The translations under genes and the position numbers were made by a program. Positions 9,951-19,694 of a stretch of 64,000 bases of DNA are shown here, piece by piece. This DNA is from Candidatus Woesearchaeota archaeon (lineage in GTDB: Archaea; Nanobdellota; Nanobdellia; Pacearchaeales; UBA284). The notes below the pieces were generated by a model. It did not search any database. It worked only from the letters and a program-made list of their open reading frames with translations, and was not told the DNA's origin. Location of the stretch: assembly GCA_964493265.1 (NCBI GenBank), contig CAZBLY010000001.1:28119-92118 (forward strand), given 5' to 3'. Within the stretch, counting starts at the first letter, position 1. Every line of letters starts with the position of its first letter.

Positions 9951-11720
9951 ATGACCAATAAAACCAACATAAATATAAAACAAATAAGGCAGCCTATCGT
10001 GACTGTTGCAGGTCATGTTGATCATGGCAAGACCACAATTCTCGATTCAATCAGAGGCACTTGTCTTGCAGCTAAAGAACCCGGAAAAATAACACAAAAA
10101 ATTTCCTTTACAACAGTTCCAAGCGAAATAATCAAAGCAAATTGTAAAATCTTACTTGAAAAATATAAAATTAAACTTGAAATTCCTGGTTTTCTTTTTA
10201 TAGATACCCCAGGACACGCAGCCTTTACTAATCTAAGAAAAAGAGGGGGAGCTCTTGCTGATCTTGCTATTCTTGTTGTTGATATTAATGAAGGCATCAT
10301 GGAACAGACTCGGGAGAGTATTGATGTTCTTAGATCCAGCAAAGTTCCATTCATAATTGCACTTAATAAAATAGATATAATTACTGGTTGGACAAAAAAA
10401 TCTGAAGACCTTAAAGAAAGTATAGAAAAACAAGCCGAATTTACAAAAAAAGATTTTGAAAAAAAATTATTCAGAATAATCAATACACTAAACACTCTAG
10501 GGTTTGATTCTGATATTTTTTATCGTGTTAGTGATTTTACAAAACAAATAACTTTAATTCCGTGTTCTGGAAAAACTTATGAAGGCATCTCAGAATTGGT
10601 TGTTATGTTATCAGGCCTAGCTCAAAGATTTCTTAAAGGAAAACTAACCTTAAACAAAGAAGGTAAAGGCACAATACTTGAAGTTAAAAAAGAAAAAAGT
10701 ATAATCACTATAGAAGCTATTCTTTATGATGGAATTCTTTCAAAAAAAGACACTTTAATTATAGCAACTTTAGGAAAAGCTATTGACACAAAAATCAGAG
10801 CTTTATTTGAAGCAGAATCTCTAGGAAAAGGTTTCAAAACAACAAAAGAAGTAAAAGCTTCTTGTGGAATCAAACTTCATTTGCCAACAACAGAAGAAAT
10901 TATACCAGGAATGCCTTTCATTGTTACAAAAGAAACAAAACCAGAGCAAATAAATGAATTAAAAGAATCTCTTCAAAAAGAAATTGAACAAGTTCTTCAG
11001 TTAGAAAAAGAAGGAATAATTGTTAAAGCAGAATCTCTCGGAAGTCTTGAAGCTCTTTTATTTTTATTAAGAAAAGAAGGTATTCGTATCAAAAAAGCTG
11101 AAATAGGAAATATAACAAGACAAGATATGGCCTTAGCATCATCAAATCTTGAAACAAACCCTATTGAAGCAGTCATTGTTGGATTTAATGTCTCTCTTGA
11201 GCAAGAAACTGAAACAAATGAACAAATTAAAATCATAGAAAGTAATATTATTTATAAAATCACCGAAGAGCTTTCAAAATGGCGTGAAGAAAAAGAGCTT
11301 GAAATTGAAAGAGAAAAATTAGCTGATTTAACAATGCCCTGCAAACTAAGTATTATGAGAAATTGTTGCTTTAGACAGAGCAAACCAGCAATTTTTGGAG
11401 TTAAAATAGAAGTAGGAACCCTTAAGGCTGGAATAATTCTAATGAATGAAGAAGGAAAAGAAATTACTAAAATAAAAGCAATTCAACATGAAAATAAAAG
11501 TGTTGAAAAAGTTAAAGCAGGAAAGGAAGTAGCAATCAGCCTGCCAAAAATTACCTTTGGTAGACAAGTTAAAGAAAGCCAAATTCTTTATTCAGCCCTA
11601 ACAGAAAGAGAATTCAGAGAATTGAAAAAAAACAAAAAATATTTAAGTCCAGATGAAATAAAAATACTTCAGGAGATAGCTAAAATAAAAAGAAAAGAAT
11701 TAGCCACCTGGGGAATTTAA
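9951..11720 (+). CDS. infB: Translation initiation factor aIF5B (IF-2)
   Basis: GHVDHGKT, ITQ, DTPGHAAF, NKID, GSLEAL. Confidence 0.96.
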   Translation: MTNKTNINIKQIRQPIVTVAGHVDHGKTTILDSIRGTCLAAKEPGKITQKISFTTVPSEIIKANCKILLEKYKIKLEIPGFLFIDTPGHAAFTNLRKRGGALADLAILVVDINEGIMEQTRESIDVLRSSKVPFIIALNKIDIITGWTKKSEDLKESIEKQAEFTKKDFEKKLFRIINTLNTLGFDSDIFYRVSDFTKQITLIPCSGKTYEGISELVVMLSGLAQRFLKGKLTLNKEGKGTILEVKKEKSIITIEAILYDGILSKKDTLIIATLGKAIDTKIRALFEAESLGKGFKTTKEVKASCGIKLHLPTTEEIIPGMPFIVTKETKPEQINELKESLQKEIEQVLQLEKEGIIVKAESLGSLEALLFLLRKEGIRIKKAEIGNITRQDMALASSNLETNPIEAVIVGFNVSLEQETETNEQIKIIESNIIYKITEELSKWREEKELEIEREKLADLTMPCKLSIMRNCCFRQSKPAIFGVKIEVGTLKAGIILMNEEGKEITKIKAIQHENKSVEKVKAGKEVAISLPKITFGRQVKESQILYSALTEREFRELKKNKKYLSPDEIKILQEIAKIKRKELATWGI

Positions 11721-11764
11721 TTAATAAATAATATTAAATAAATCAAAAAGGAGGAAAATAAAAA

Positions 11765-12046
11765 ATGTTATCAAAAATTCCAGAAGACTTAAGTAAAGTT
11801 CCAAAAGATCAGATTGATATGGAAATTATAAGACTTGGAATGGTTGCAGAACTAGATGCAGTCAGTTTTTATGAACAATTAGCTGCAATGACAGAAAACC
11901 AAGATGTAAAAAAAATTCTTGTAGATATAGCAAAAGAAGAAAAAACACATATTGGAGAATTTCAAACCATGCTCTTGAAACTAGACAAAGACCAAGTAGA
12001 AGAACTTGAAAAAGGCAAAAAAGAAGTTGAAGAATTAACTAAGTAA
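11765..12046 (+). CDS. Small ferritin-like/rubrerythrin-domain protein
   Basis: ELDAVSFYEQ...EEKTHIGEF diiron motif; GGAGG SD. Confidence 0.85.
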   Translation: MLSKIPEDLSKVPKDQIDMEIIRLGMVAELDAVSFYEQLAAMTENQDVKKILVDIAKEEKTHIGEFQTMLLKLDKDQVEELEKGKKEVEELTK

Positions 12047-12106
12047 AGAACAATATAATCAAAAAAGTGCAATAAAGATTAAAAATTCTTATTCTGTAAA
12101 GTATTT

Positions 12107-13321
12107 ATGAACTTAGATAAATATTGGCATCTTTTAACTTGTTTAGCAGCCAGTATATTTTTTGGTAGTTTAAGTTTTTATTCTTCATTTCAATTAATTA
12201 AAGCTCAAGAAAAATTATGGAACGCAGGACAAAAAATAACCCAATTTAAAACAGACCAACAAACCAAAAAACTTGATGATTTAATTGAAACAACAAAATA
12301 CGAATCAAAAAAAATAAAAAAAATAACAAATTTTTTGGAACAAAATCCTAAGTTTGTATTAAATTTAAAACTAAATACAATAACTTATAACAATAATTTA
12401 AATAAAATAGAAGAAAAAAGATTTAGAAATGAAATAAATAATTTAGAAAAAAAGTACGGAACTTCTTTTATTGTTTCTAAATTAACTGATGAAAGATTTA
12501 AACTACATCCAGAATTTAGACCAAAAAAAAGGAAAATAAATACAAACAAAAATAATAAGAAAAAAAATAAAACAGGAAATCGTTATGATTCTTTTTTAAA
12601 TGAACAGTCTGTCAAAGAATGCATTGCTTACTGGGCTGTTAATCATGATAGTCTTCATAATAAAGCGCAAAAATTTGAATTAAAAAATCCAACCTCAATA
12701 GCACATTTAATTAGTTTAATTAGACATGAAACTAATTTAGGCAGATATCTTGGAGAATATAAAGTATTTAATTCATTGCTTTCTACAGTTACTTTTGGTA
12801 AAAAAACCTGGGTAAGAAATTATGCCTCTATAAATTTAGATTGTTTATTTGAAGAACCAATTATTCTTAATCCTTTTGATCCTTCTTCTAGTGCTGGGGC
12901 TGGGGGCATAACTCAAGGAATGCCTAAAGCCCTAAATGAACATGCTAAAGATGGAGATAATGATGGAGAAATAAATGTATTTACTCTTGCAGATGCTACT
13001 GCTTTTACATTAGATTATTTTGGAGCAAAAGAAGGAAATAAAGGAATTAAAAATTTAGCTCCTTATATTAAATGGTATAATCCCCATGATAAAGATTATG
13101 AACCAGCAATTAAAAGACTTGCAGAAATTTTAAATAATAATTATGATCTTGTCCTAGAATTAAAAGAAAAAATAGATGGACCTTTATTAACAAAAGAAAA
13201 AGAATTTAAAGAAATATTAGAAAGAAAATATTTTAAAAGTTTAGATAAAGAAAATAAAAGATTATGGAATTTCCAATATATTATAGAATATGAATTAGAT
13301 AGTTTAGAAATTGCTTACTAA
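12107..13321 (+). CDS. Membrane-anchored MltB/Slt35-like lytic murein transglycosylase
   Basis: HETNLGRYLG (catalytic Glu), SSAGAGGITQGMP, EF-hand-like DGDNDGEIN, ADA..T.DY, WYN; N-terminal TM and coiled region. Confidence 0.78.
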   Translation: MNLDKYWHLLTCLAASIFFGSLSFYSSFQLIKAQEKLWNAGQKITQFKTDQQTKKLDDLIETTKYESKKIKKITNFLEQNPKFVLNLKLNTITYNNNLNKIEEKRFRNEINNLEKKYGTSFIVSKLTDERFKLHPEFRPKKRKINTNKNNKKKNKTGNRYDSFLNEQSVKECIAYWAVNHDSLHNKAQKFELKNPTSIAHLISLIRHETNLGRYLGEYKVFNSLLSTVTFGKKTWVRNYASINLDCLFEEPIILNPFDPSSSAGAGGITQGMPKALNEHAKDGDNDGEINVFTLADATAFTLDYFGAKEGNKGIKNLAPYIKWYNPHDKDYEPAIKRLAEILNNNYDLVLELKEKIDGPLLTKEKEFKEILERKYFKSLDKENKRLWNFQYIIEYELDSLEIAY

Positions 13322-14556
13322 AAAAATTCCTTCAATCTTCTCTGTTTTTTAAAATTGTTAAGTATCCTGCTTTTTGAAGTAAAAATTTCAATAGGAAGTT
13401 TAAAATTTTTCTGAGCTTCCTTAAGAACTTGTTTTATTGTATTAAATTTTTGTGGTTTTTTTGACATAGCTTCTCGTGTTGCTTCTCTTAAAATCCCCAC
13501 ACCACAAGGGGCCCAGTATTCTTCCCTAACTTCTCTAAAAACAAGACATGAAGCCTGTCTTTTGATTTTTGTAAGATATTCACAAACACCAAGACGATTA
13601 ACATAGTAAGCCCCTGTTACACTAGAAGCATATTTTTTACGACCTTTAAAAAATTCATAATCTTGCCATGTTGCTATATTTTCCTTACCCTGACCAAAAT
13701 ATCCCTCACTAGATACTTCAATTACTTCAAATGACCAACAACCAGGAATTAAAATTATATTATAATAATTTCCAAGATAATTTGCATGAAATAACATAAA
13801 AGAGGATATCTCTTGATAATATTTGATTTTTTCAAGAAGCATTTTAGATATGGTGTCATCAGTTGCAGTTACAGACCACCTAGTTGGAACAAGTCTTCTT
13901 TGAATCTTGACACCCAACATTCCAGCACTAAGAATTTTAATAATCTGACTAATATTAATTTTTGATTTATAAAGTTCATTAATGGCCTGAACAGCTTTAA
14001 CATCTGTATCATTAGTTAAATAATCAACTTTTCTTTCAACTTTTGGATTTGATTCAAGTTTTGCTGATTTAAGGGGAGCAGGATTACCAATCAAAGGCAC
14101 ATGGGCATCTAATCTAATTTTTATTTTGGGCTTCTTTTTGAGCTTGAAACTTGCATCAACAGCTTTACTTGCCAAACTTATTTCCTGCATTAAATCAAAA
14201 AGTCTTGATTGTTGTTTACTTTGGATATTTTTTCTTTTTCTTGCATTTTTTATGTTTGAAACAAATCGAGAATAAATCATCCTTGATCTATAAGTTAGAA
14301 TATCTTTAATACTTGCTTTATCCTTGTGCCATTCTTCAGGTAAACTAAATTTTTCTGTATGCCCATATTCAGTTGGGGCAAGAATTCCAGTAAAAACATT
14401 TGGATAACCGTGCTGGCCAACAAAAATTTCAGGAGGCGAGGAACCAGAAAACTCTTTCTTAATTTTTGGCTGAAATTGTTTAAGCCTGGCTAGAATCTTA
14501 CAAGGCTTACCACACCAACCCCTACCCTTGCATTTAATACATAAACTTGAAATCAT
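13318..14556 (-). CDS. nreA: Nre family DNA repair protein
   Basis: CIKCKGRGWCGKPC, GSSPP, RRLVPTRWS.TA.D, C-terminal PIP box QRRLKEFF. Confidence 0.92.
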   Translation of the reverse strand: MISSLCIKCKGRGWCGKPCKILARLKQFQPKIKKEFSGSSPPEIFVGQHGYPNVFTGILAPTEYGHTEKFSLPEEWHKDKASIKDILTYRSRMIYSRFVSNIKNARKRKNIQSKQQSRLFDLMQEISLASKAVDASFKLKKKPKIKIRLDAHVPLIGNPAPLKSAKLESNPKVERKVDYLTNDTDVKAVQAINELYKSKINISQIIKILSAGMLGVKIQRRLVPTRWSVTATDDTISKMLLEKIKYYQEISSFMLFHANYLGNYYNIILIPGCWSFEVIEVSSEGYFGQGKENIATWQDYEFFKGRKKYASSVTGAYYVNRLGVCEYLTKIKRQASCLVFREVREEYWAPCGVGILREATREAMSKKPQKFNTIKQVLKEAQKNFKLPIEIFTSKSRILNNFKKQRRLKEFF

Positions 14557-14656
14557 AATTAAAAGAATTAAAAAAACTATTAATACTTTTGTCTACTTTT
14601 TCATATGCTTCTTTTTTGTATTATTATATTATTCTGTTATTCTTATTCTATTATTT

Positions 14657-14839
14657 TTACTCTGTTATTCCAAGAACTATTAAGGCAATTCCTATCAAAA
14701 CAACCAAGATAACTACGCCGCCCTTCAAAAACTCGACAGCTGCAGTTCCCCAACCATAAAAAATAGGAACATTCAATACAATCAATATCGGAGCTAGAAT
14801 AAGAATAATTCCTAATATTATACTAATTGCTTTATTCAT
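14657..14839 (-). CDS. Small two-TM membrane protein
   Basis: ATG start, two hydrophobic helices separated by WG..A..FLKGG. Confidence 0.7.
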   Translation of the reverse strand: MNKAISIILGIILILAPILIVLNVPIFYGWGTAAVEFLKGGVVILVVLIGIALIVLGITE

Positions 14840-14956
14840 ATTTTTAAAATGATATTTTTGTTTTTAAATTTTATTGTGATTAATAAAATAAAAGGCAGCT
14901 TATTTTTATTGGCTTATGACTTTAAACCATTTATTAATTCACTATACCACAAACTA

Positions 14957-14988
14957 TTTAAACCAATAGTGATTATTTTGGGCACTAT
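14957..14988 (+). promoter_or_regulatory. TATA (TTTAAA) followed by inverted repeat ATAGTG-N11-CACTAT, candidate operator of the trx operon
   Basis: Seen directly upstream of trxA; a further CACTAT at 14940-14945. Confidence 0.35.
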
Positions 14989-15042
14989 CAAATTTAAGAA
15001 AATCAAAATAAATAATAAAATAAATCAGGAGGAAAAATAAAA

Positions 15043-15381
15043 ATGTCAAAAACAATTAAAATAACAAGCGATAATTTTGAAGAAGAAGTTCTTAAGTCAA
15101 AAATTCCTGTTTTAGTGGATTTTTGGGCACCTTGGTGTCAGCCTTGTTTGATGATGGCTCCAGCATTAAATGAATTATCAGAAGAATTAGAAGGTAAACT
15201 AAAAATAGGAAAGCTAGATACAGAAGTTCCAGAAAATCAAATGCTTGCCTTACAATACCAAATTCAAAGCATACCAAATATGAAACTTTTCAAAGACGGA
15301 AAAGTGATTAAAGAATTTATTGGTTTGCGTCCAAAAGAAATGTTAAAAGAAGAATTAAGTGAGGAAATTGATTTATCCTAA
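15043..15381 (+). CDS. trxA: Thioredoxin
   Basis: DFWAPWCQPC, IQSIP. Confidence 0.95.
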   Translation: MSKTIKITSDNFEEEVLKSKIPVLVDFWAPWCQPCLMMAPALNELSEELEGKLKIGKLDTEVPENQMLALQYQIQSIPNMKLFKDGKVIKEFIGLRPKEMLKEELSEEIDLS

Positions 15382-15390
15382 AATTAAACA

Positions 15391-16317
15391 ATGGAAAATA
15401 AAATGAAAGAAAAAGTTTATGATTTAATTATAATTGGGGCAGGACCTGCTGGTTTAACTGCGGCAATTTATGCTAGAAGATATAATCTTGATTCTTTAGT
15501 GATTGGAATCCTTCAAGGAGGGACAATTTCTGAAGCGCACAGGGTGTGTAATTATCCTTCTCAAAATAATATAAGCGGATTTGAATTAACGCAAAAGATA
15601 GTAAATCATCTTGAAGAATTGGGAGGAAAAATAAAACAAGAAGAAATATTAGATATAAAACAAAAAAAAGAATTTTTTATTGTTAAAACAAATAAACAAA
15701 AATATTCAACAAAAAAAATAATTTTAGCAATAGGCAGAGAGAAACGGAAATTAAATATCCTTAAAGAAGATGAATTCTTAGGCAGAGGAATTAGTTATTG
15801 CGCAACTTGTGACGCCGCTTTTTTTAAAGACAAAATTACAGGAGTTGTTGGAGGGGGAAATGCTGCAATTACAGCAGCACTATTGTTAGCAGAGTATGCA
15901 AAAAAAGTTTATATTATTTATAGAAAAGATAAATTTACCAAAGTAGATCCTGCCTGGTTAAAAGAATTAAAAGCAAACAATAAAATAGAATCTATTTTTA
16001 ATTCAAATATTACAGAGATTTATGGAAAGAATTCTATAGAAGGTGTAAAATTAGATAATGGTAAAAATATTAAATTAGATGGGGTATTTGTTGAAATAGG
16101 TTTTATTCCTCAAAAAACTATCTCAAGAAGTTTAGGAATTAAAACAGAGAACGGATATATAATAACAGATAAATTTCAAAAGACAAATATTAAAGGAATC
16201 TTTGCAGCAGGAGATATTACAAATAATCCATTAAAACAGGTTATAACCGCTTGTGGAGAAGGCGCAATAGCAGCCACTTCTGCTTATGAAGAAATAAAAA
16301 AGGAAGAAAATAATTAA
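15391..16317 (+). CDS. trxB: Thioredoxin reductase
   Basis: GAGPAG, SYCATCD, GGGNAA, GIFAAGD. Confidence 0.93.
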   Translation: MENKMKEKVYDLIIIGAGPAGLTAAIYARRYNLDSLVIGILQGGTISEAHRVCNYPSQNNISGFELTQKIVNHLEELGGKIKQEEILDIKQKKEFFIVKTNKQKYSTKKIILAIGREKRKLNILKEDEFLGRGISYCATCDAAFFKDKITGVVGGGNAAITAALLLAEYAKKVYIIYRKDKFTKVDPAWLKELKANNKIESIFNSNITEIYGKNSIEGVKLDNGKNIKLDGVFVEIGFIPQKTISRSLGIKTENGYIITDKFQKTNIKGIFAAGDITNNPLKQVITACGEGAIAATSAYEEIKKEENN

Positions 16318-16318
16318 A

Positions 16319-17554
16319 ATGGGCGTTATGAATATCTTTGAAAATATAAAAAAGACAGTTGAAAATATTTCAAAAGAATTAAATTTATCTAAAAAAGAAA
16401 AAGAAATTTTATTTAATCATAAAAGTATTCAGACTGCAAAATTAAATATTGAAGGAAAAGAATATGAAGCCTTTAGGGTAATTCATAATAATTCTCTTGG
16501 CCCTGGAAAAGGAGGAATTAGGTTCCATCCTAATGTCTCTGAAGATGAAGTTAAATCATTATCTTTTTGGATGAGCATTAAAAATTCTCTATTAGGTCTG
16601 CCTTATGGGGGGGCAAAAGGTGGAGTTAAAGTTAATCCAAAAGATTTAGATAAAAAAACAATTGAAAAAATTAGTAGAGAATATATTAGAACTTTTCATG
16701 AATTTATAGGTAAAGACAAAGATATTCCTGCTCCTGATGTTTATACAAATCCAAAGATTATGGGTTGGATGTTAGATGAATATGAAAAAATCAAAAAAAG
16801 AAAAGAACCTGCAATGATCACTGGAAAACCCTTAGAATTAGGCGGAATTAATCTAAGAAAAGATGCAACTTCAAAGGGTGGAGCCATAATCTTAGAAGAA
16901 TTCCTTAAAAAACAAAATCTAAATTTTAAAGAATTAAAAATAGCAATTCAAGGTTTTGGAAATGTAGGGATGAATACTGCTAAAATTTTATTTGAAAAAG
17001 GATACAAAATTGTTGCGATTAGTGACAGTAAAGGAGGAATATATTCAACAAGTGGATTAAATATAACAAAATTAATTGAACATAAATTAAAAAATAAAAC
17101 AGTTCTTGGTTTTGAAAATTCAGAAGAAATCACGAATAAAGAAATTTTAGAATCAGAAGTTGATTTTTTAATTCTTGCAGCACTTGAAAATCAAATAACA
17201 AAGGAAAATGCAGATAAAATAAAAGCCAAAAATATTCTTGAACTGGCTAATGGACCTATAACTTCTAAAGCAGATGAAATTCTTTTTAATAAAAACATAA
17301 CCATTCTACCAGATATTCTTGCAAATGCGGGGGGGGTTGTTGCAAGTTATTGCGAATGGTGTCAAAACAAATCAGGAGGAATTTTAGATGAAAAATATTT
17401 AAGGAATTTTTTCGAATTAAAAATGAAAAATGCTTTCGAAAAAATTTATGATTTAAAAAATAAAAAAGAGAGCCTCAGTTTTAGAAATGTCTGTTATATT
17501 TCATCTATAAAAAATATTCTAAATGCTGAAAAAGCCAGAGGAAATTTAAAATAA
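16319..17554 (+). CDS. gdhA: Glutamate (Glu/Leu/Phe/Val) dehydrogenase
   Basis: GPGKGGIRFHP, GGAKGG, DIPAPDV, QGFGNVG, ELANGP, PDILANAGGV. Confidence 0.93.
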   Translation: MGVMNIFENIKKTVENISKELNLSKKEKEILFNHKSIQTAKLNIEGKEYEAFRVIHNNSLGPGKGGIRFHPNVSEDEVKSLSFWMSIKNSLLGLPYGGAKGGVKVNPKDLDKKTIEKISREYIRTFHEFIGKDKDIPAPDVYTNPKIMGWMLDEYEKIKKRKEPAMITGKPLELGGINLRKDATSKGGAIILEEFLKKQNLNFKELKIAIQGFGNVGMNTAKILFEKGYKIVAISDSKGGIYSTSGLNITKLIEHKLKNKTVLGFENSEEITNKEILESEVDFLILAALENQITKENADKIKAKNILELANGPITSKADEILFNKNITILPDILANAGGVVASYCEWCQNKSGGILDEKYLRNFFELKMKNAFEKIYDLKNKKESLSFRNVCYISSIKNILNAEKARGNLK

Positions 17555-17895
17555 TAACATTTTCATGCAAAAAAATATCTAAAGAAGACTTAATTAAATG
17601 TGCATTTGCCCTAAATAAAACTGAATATAATTTATTGATTTTTTTATTGAAAAAAGATGAGAAATATACTGCATCTCAAATCTCGCAATTTATTAAACTT
17701 GATAGAACAACGATCCAAAAAGCAATAAAAAATTTGGTTGGCAAAAAATTAGTAAAAAAGATGCAAAAAAATATCCCAAAAGGAGGATATACTTTTTTAT
17801 ATATAATAAATGACAAAAAAGAAATTAAAGAAAAAATAAAGATTATAATTCATAGCTGGTGCAAAGTAATTGAGAAAGCTATTAATGAATTATAA
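17551..17895 (+). CDS. TrmB/MarR-like wHTH regulator, probable non-canonical ATA start
   Basis: Frame open from 17551: (M)ITFSCKKISKEDLIKCAFALNKTEYNLLIFLL...LDRTTIQKAIKNLV...GGYTFLY; no in-frame ATG after the TGA at 17527. Confidence 0.75.
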   Translation: MITFSCKKISKEDLIKCAFALNKTEYNLLIFLLKKDEKYTASQISQFIKLDRTTIQKAIKNLVGKKLVKKMQKNIPKGGYTFLYIINDKKEIKEKIKIIIHSWCKVIEKAINEL

Positions 17896-17991
17896 TTTTT
17901 TAACAAGAAGTTCAATTAATAAATTATAAAAAAACCAATTATAAACTTTTCTATTCAAAACCTTTAAAAACAAAATCTGTCTCTGATTTAC

Positions 17992-18270
17992 ATGACAAAA
18001 AAGAAAAAGAAGAATAAAAAAGAAGAGAAAGATAATAGAGAAATAGAAGCATATATCTTAATTGGAGTACTTCCTGCAAAAGAAAGAATTGTCTATGAAA
18101 AATTAAAAAAGTTGAAAAAAATTATTCTAATCAACGAGCTTTTTGGTGAGTGGGACATTATTATAGGAATAAATATTTCTAATGCAAAAGAACTTGACAC
18201 TTTTGTTTCAGATAAAATAAGGAAAATAAAAGAAATTGGCCTAACATCAACCATGATTGTTGCAAAATAA
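17992..18270 (+). CDS. Lrp/AsnC ligand-binding (RAM) domain protein
   Basis: AYILI...ELFGEWDII...TSTMIV. Confidence 0.88.
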   Translation: MTKKKKKNKKEEKDNREIEAYILIGVLPAKERIVYEKLKKLKKIILINELFGEWDIIIGINISNAKELDTFVSDKIRKIKEIGLTSTMIVAK

Positions 18271-18284
18271 AAACCAAAATCAAA

Positions 18285-18866
18285 ATGAAATCCTCATATA
18301 GCTACATCAGAGAATTATGGAAAAAACCAAGAAAAAATCTAGGTAAACTCTGGCAAGAAAGGCAAATAGAATGGCGTAAAGGCAATACAATAGTTAGAGT
18401 TGACAAACCCTTAAGACTTGATAGGGCTCGTTCATTAGGTTACAAAGCAAAATCCGGTTTTGTTATTGTTAGAATCAGAATAAAAAGAGGTGGAAGAAAA
18501 AGACCAAAACCAAAAGGTGGTAGAAGAAGTAAAAGACAGACTATTAAAAAAACCCTTAAAATGAATTATAAATTAGTGGCTGAACAAAGATGCCAAAGAA
18601 AATTTCCCAATCTTGAAGTTTTAAATTCATATTGGATAGGTAAGGATGGAATTCATTATTTTTATGAAATTATTTTAATCGATCCGAGCAGACCAGAAAT
18701 AAAGAAAGATAAAGATATCAAATGGATAACAAACAAAAAACACAAAAAACGAGTTCATAGAGGTCTGACAAGTTCTGCAAGAAAATCCAGAGGTCTTAGA
18801 AATAAAGGCGACCGAGCAATAAAAATCCGGCCATCATTAAGAGCTCATGGAAGGAAAGGGAAATAA
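18285..18866 (+). CDS. rpl15e: 50S ribosomal protein L15e
   Basis: RLDRARSLGYKAK, AEQR, NLEVLNSYW, RGLTS. Confidence 0.97.
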   Translation: MKSSYSYIRELWKKPRKNLGKLWQERQIEWRKGNTIVRVDKPLRLDRARSLGYKAKSGFVIVRIRIKRGGRKRPKPKGGRRSKRQTIKKTLKMNYKLVAEQRCQRKFPNLEVLNSYWIGKDGIHYFYEIILIDPSRPEIKKDKDIKWITNKKHKKRVHRGLTSSARKSRGLRNKGDRAIKIRPSLRAHGRKGK

Positions 18867-18870
18867 GTTT

Positions 18871-19359
18871 CTATAATGGATCAACTCTTATTTCATGAAG
18901 AGGCATTCCTGAAGTATCATAGTTATGAAATAAGTCATTCAACCTACTAATAAATTTGGTTGTTGCTTTCAATTCTTTTTTTGGAATTCCTTTTGTTGAG
19001 TAATTTTTAGAACTAGCTATCCTTTCTAAAACACTAATATAATTATCAATATCTTTTAAAAATTTCTCTGAATAACAATAATTGTGGAATTCTCTGTCTA
19101 TTCCTTCCTTAACTACATTAGTAAGTTGAACGAAATCCCAAAAACTTTTATAATGTTCAGGTTTAGGTTCTTCTTTTTTCAAAAAAATATTCAAAAAAAT
19201 ATTACCATTTTTCAAGGTGTTTAGATAATCAATACCTTTATTCAAGATTTTCTGTTTTCCTTCAGAACTAAAGGGATAAAAATCATTAAGAACTGATTTT
19301 AAATTATTCAAGAACATTGCTCTTAACAAAATCTCCAACCTAGTCATCTTATCTATCAT
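18871..19359 (-). CDS. Hypothetical orphan protein
   Basis: 162-aa ORF with own TATA, convergent with rpl15e. Confidence 0.65.
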   Translation of the reverse strand: MIDKMTRLEILLRAMFLNNLKSVLNDFYPFSSEGKQKILNKGIDYLNTLKNGNIFLNIFLKKEEPKPEHYKSFWDFVQLTNVVKEGIDREFHNYCYSEKFLKDIDNYISVLERIASSKNYSTKGIPKKELKATTKFISRLNDLFHNYDTSGMPLHEIRVDPL

Positions 19360-19441
19360 CTTTTCTTCAAGACATTGGGATTTATATAAATTTCTATGTT
19401 AAAAGCAAAAAATATTTATAGTGGAGGTAATTCTTAAAAAG

Positions 19442-19618
19442 ATGGCAGAATATCAATGTAGAAATTGTGGTTATAAGTTTGAAGGGACTAGAAAACCTTA
19501 TGCTTGCCCTTATTGTGGTGAAATTGGAGCAGTTAAACCAACTCCAACAGCTAATGACATTCTTGATGAAGTAACCCCTAAACAACCAGAAGCAGAAGAA
19601 CCAGCAAAATCACAATAA
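19442..19618 (+). CDS. Small C4 zinc-ribbon (rubredoxin-like) protein
   Basis: YQCRNCGY...CPYCG; GGAGGT SD at 19423. Confidence 0.8.
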   Translation: MAEYQCRNCGYKFEGTRKPYACPYCGEIGAVKPTPTANDILDEVTPKQPEAEEPAKSQ

Positions 19619-19694
19619 ATTTAGAGAAAAATTATTAAATTAAGTTTCTTTGTATTCTGTATAAAATTTGTATTAATTACAATTCTATTTTAAA

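Noticed and set aside
14849..15040. 63-aa ORF upstream of trxA
   Set aside because: Covers the divergent promoter region and the trxA SD; low-complexity composition, probably spurious
19379..19404. dif-like arms GATTTATATAA / CTATGTTAAAA next to orphan 18871
   Set aside because: Spacer is 4 bp rather than 6 and the sequence coincides with the TATA box
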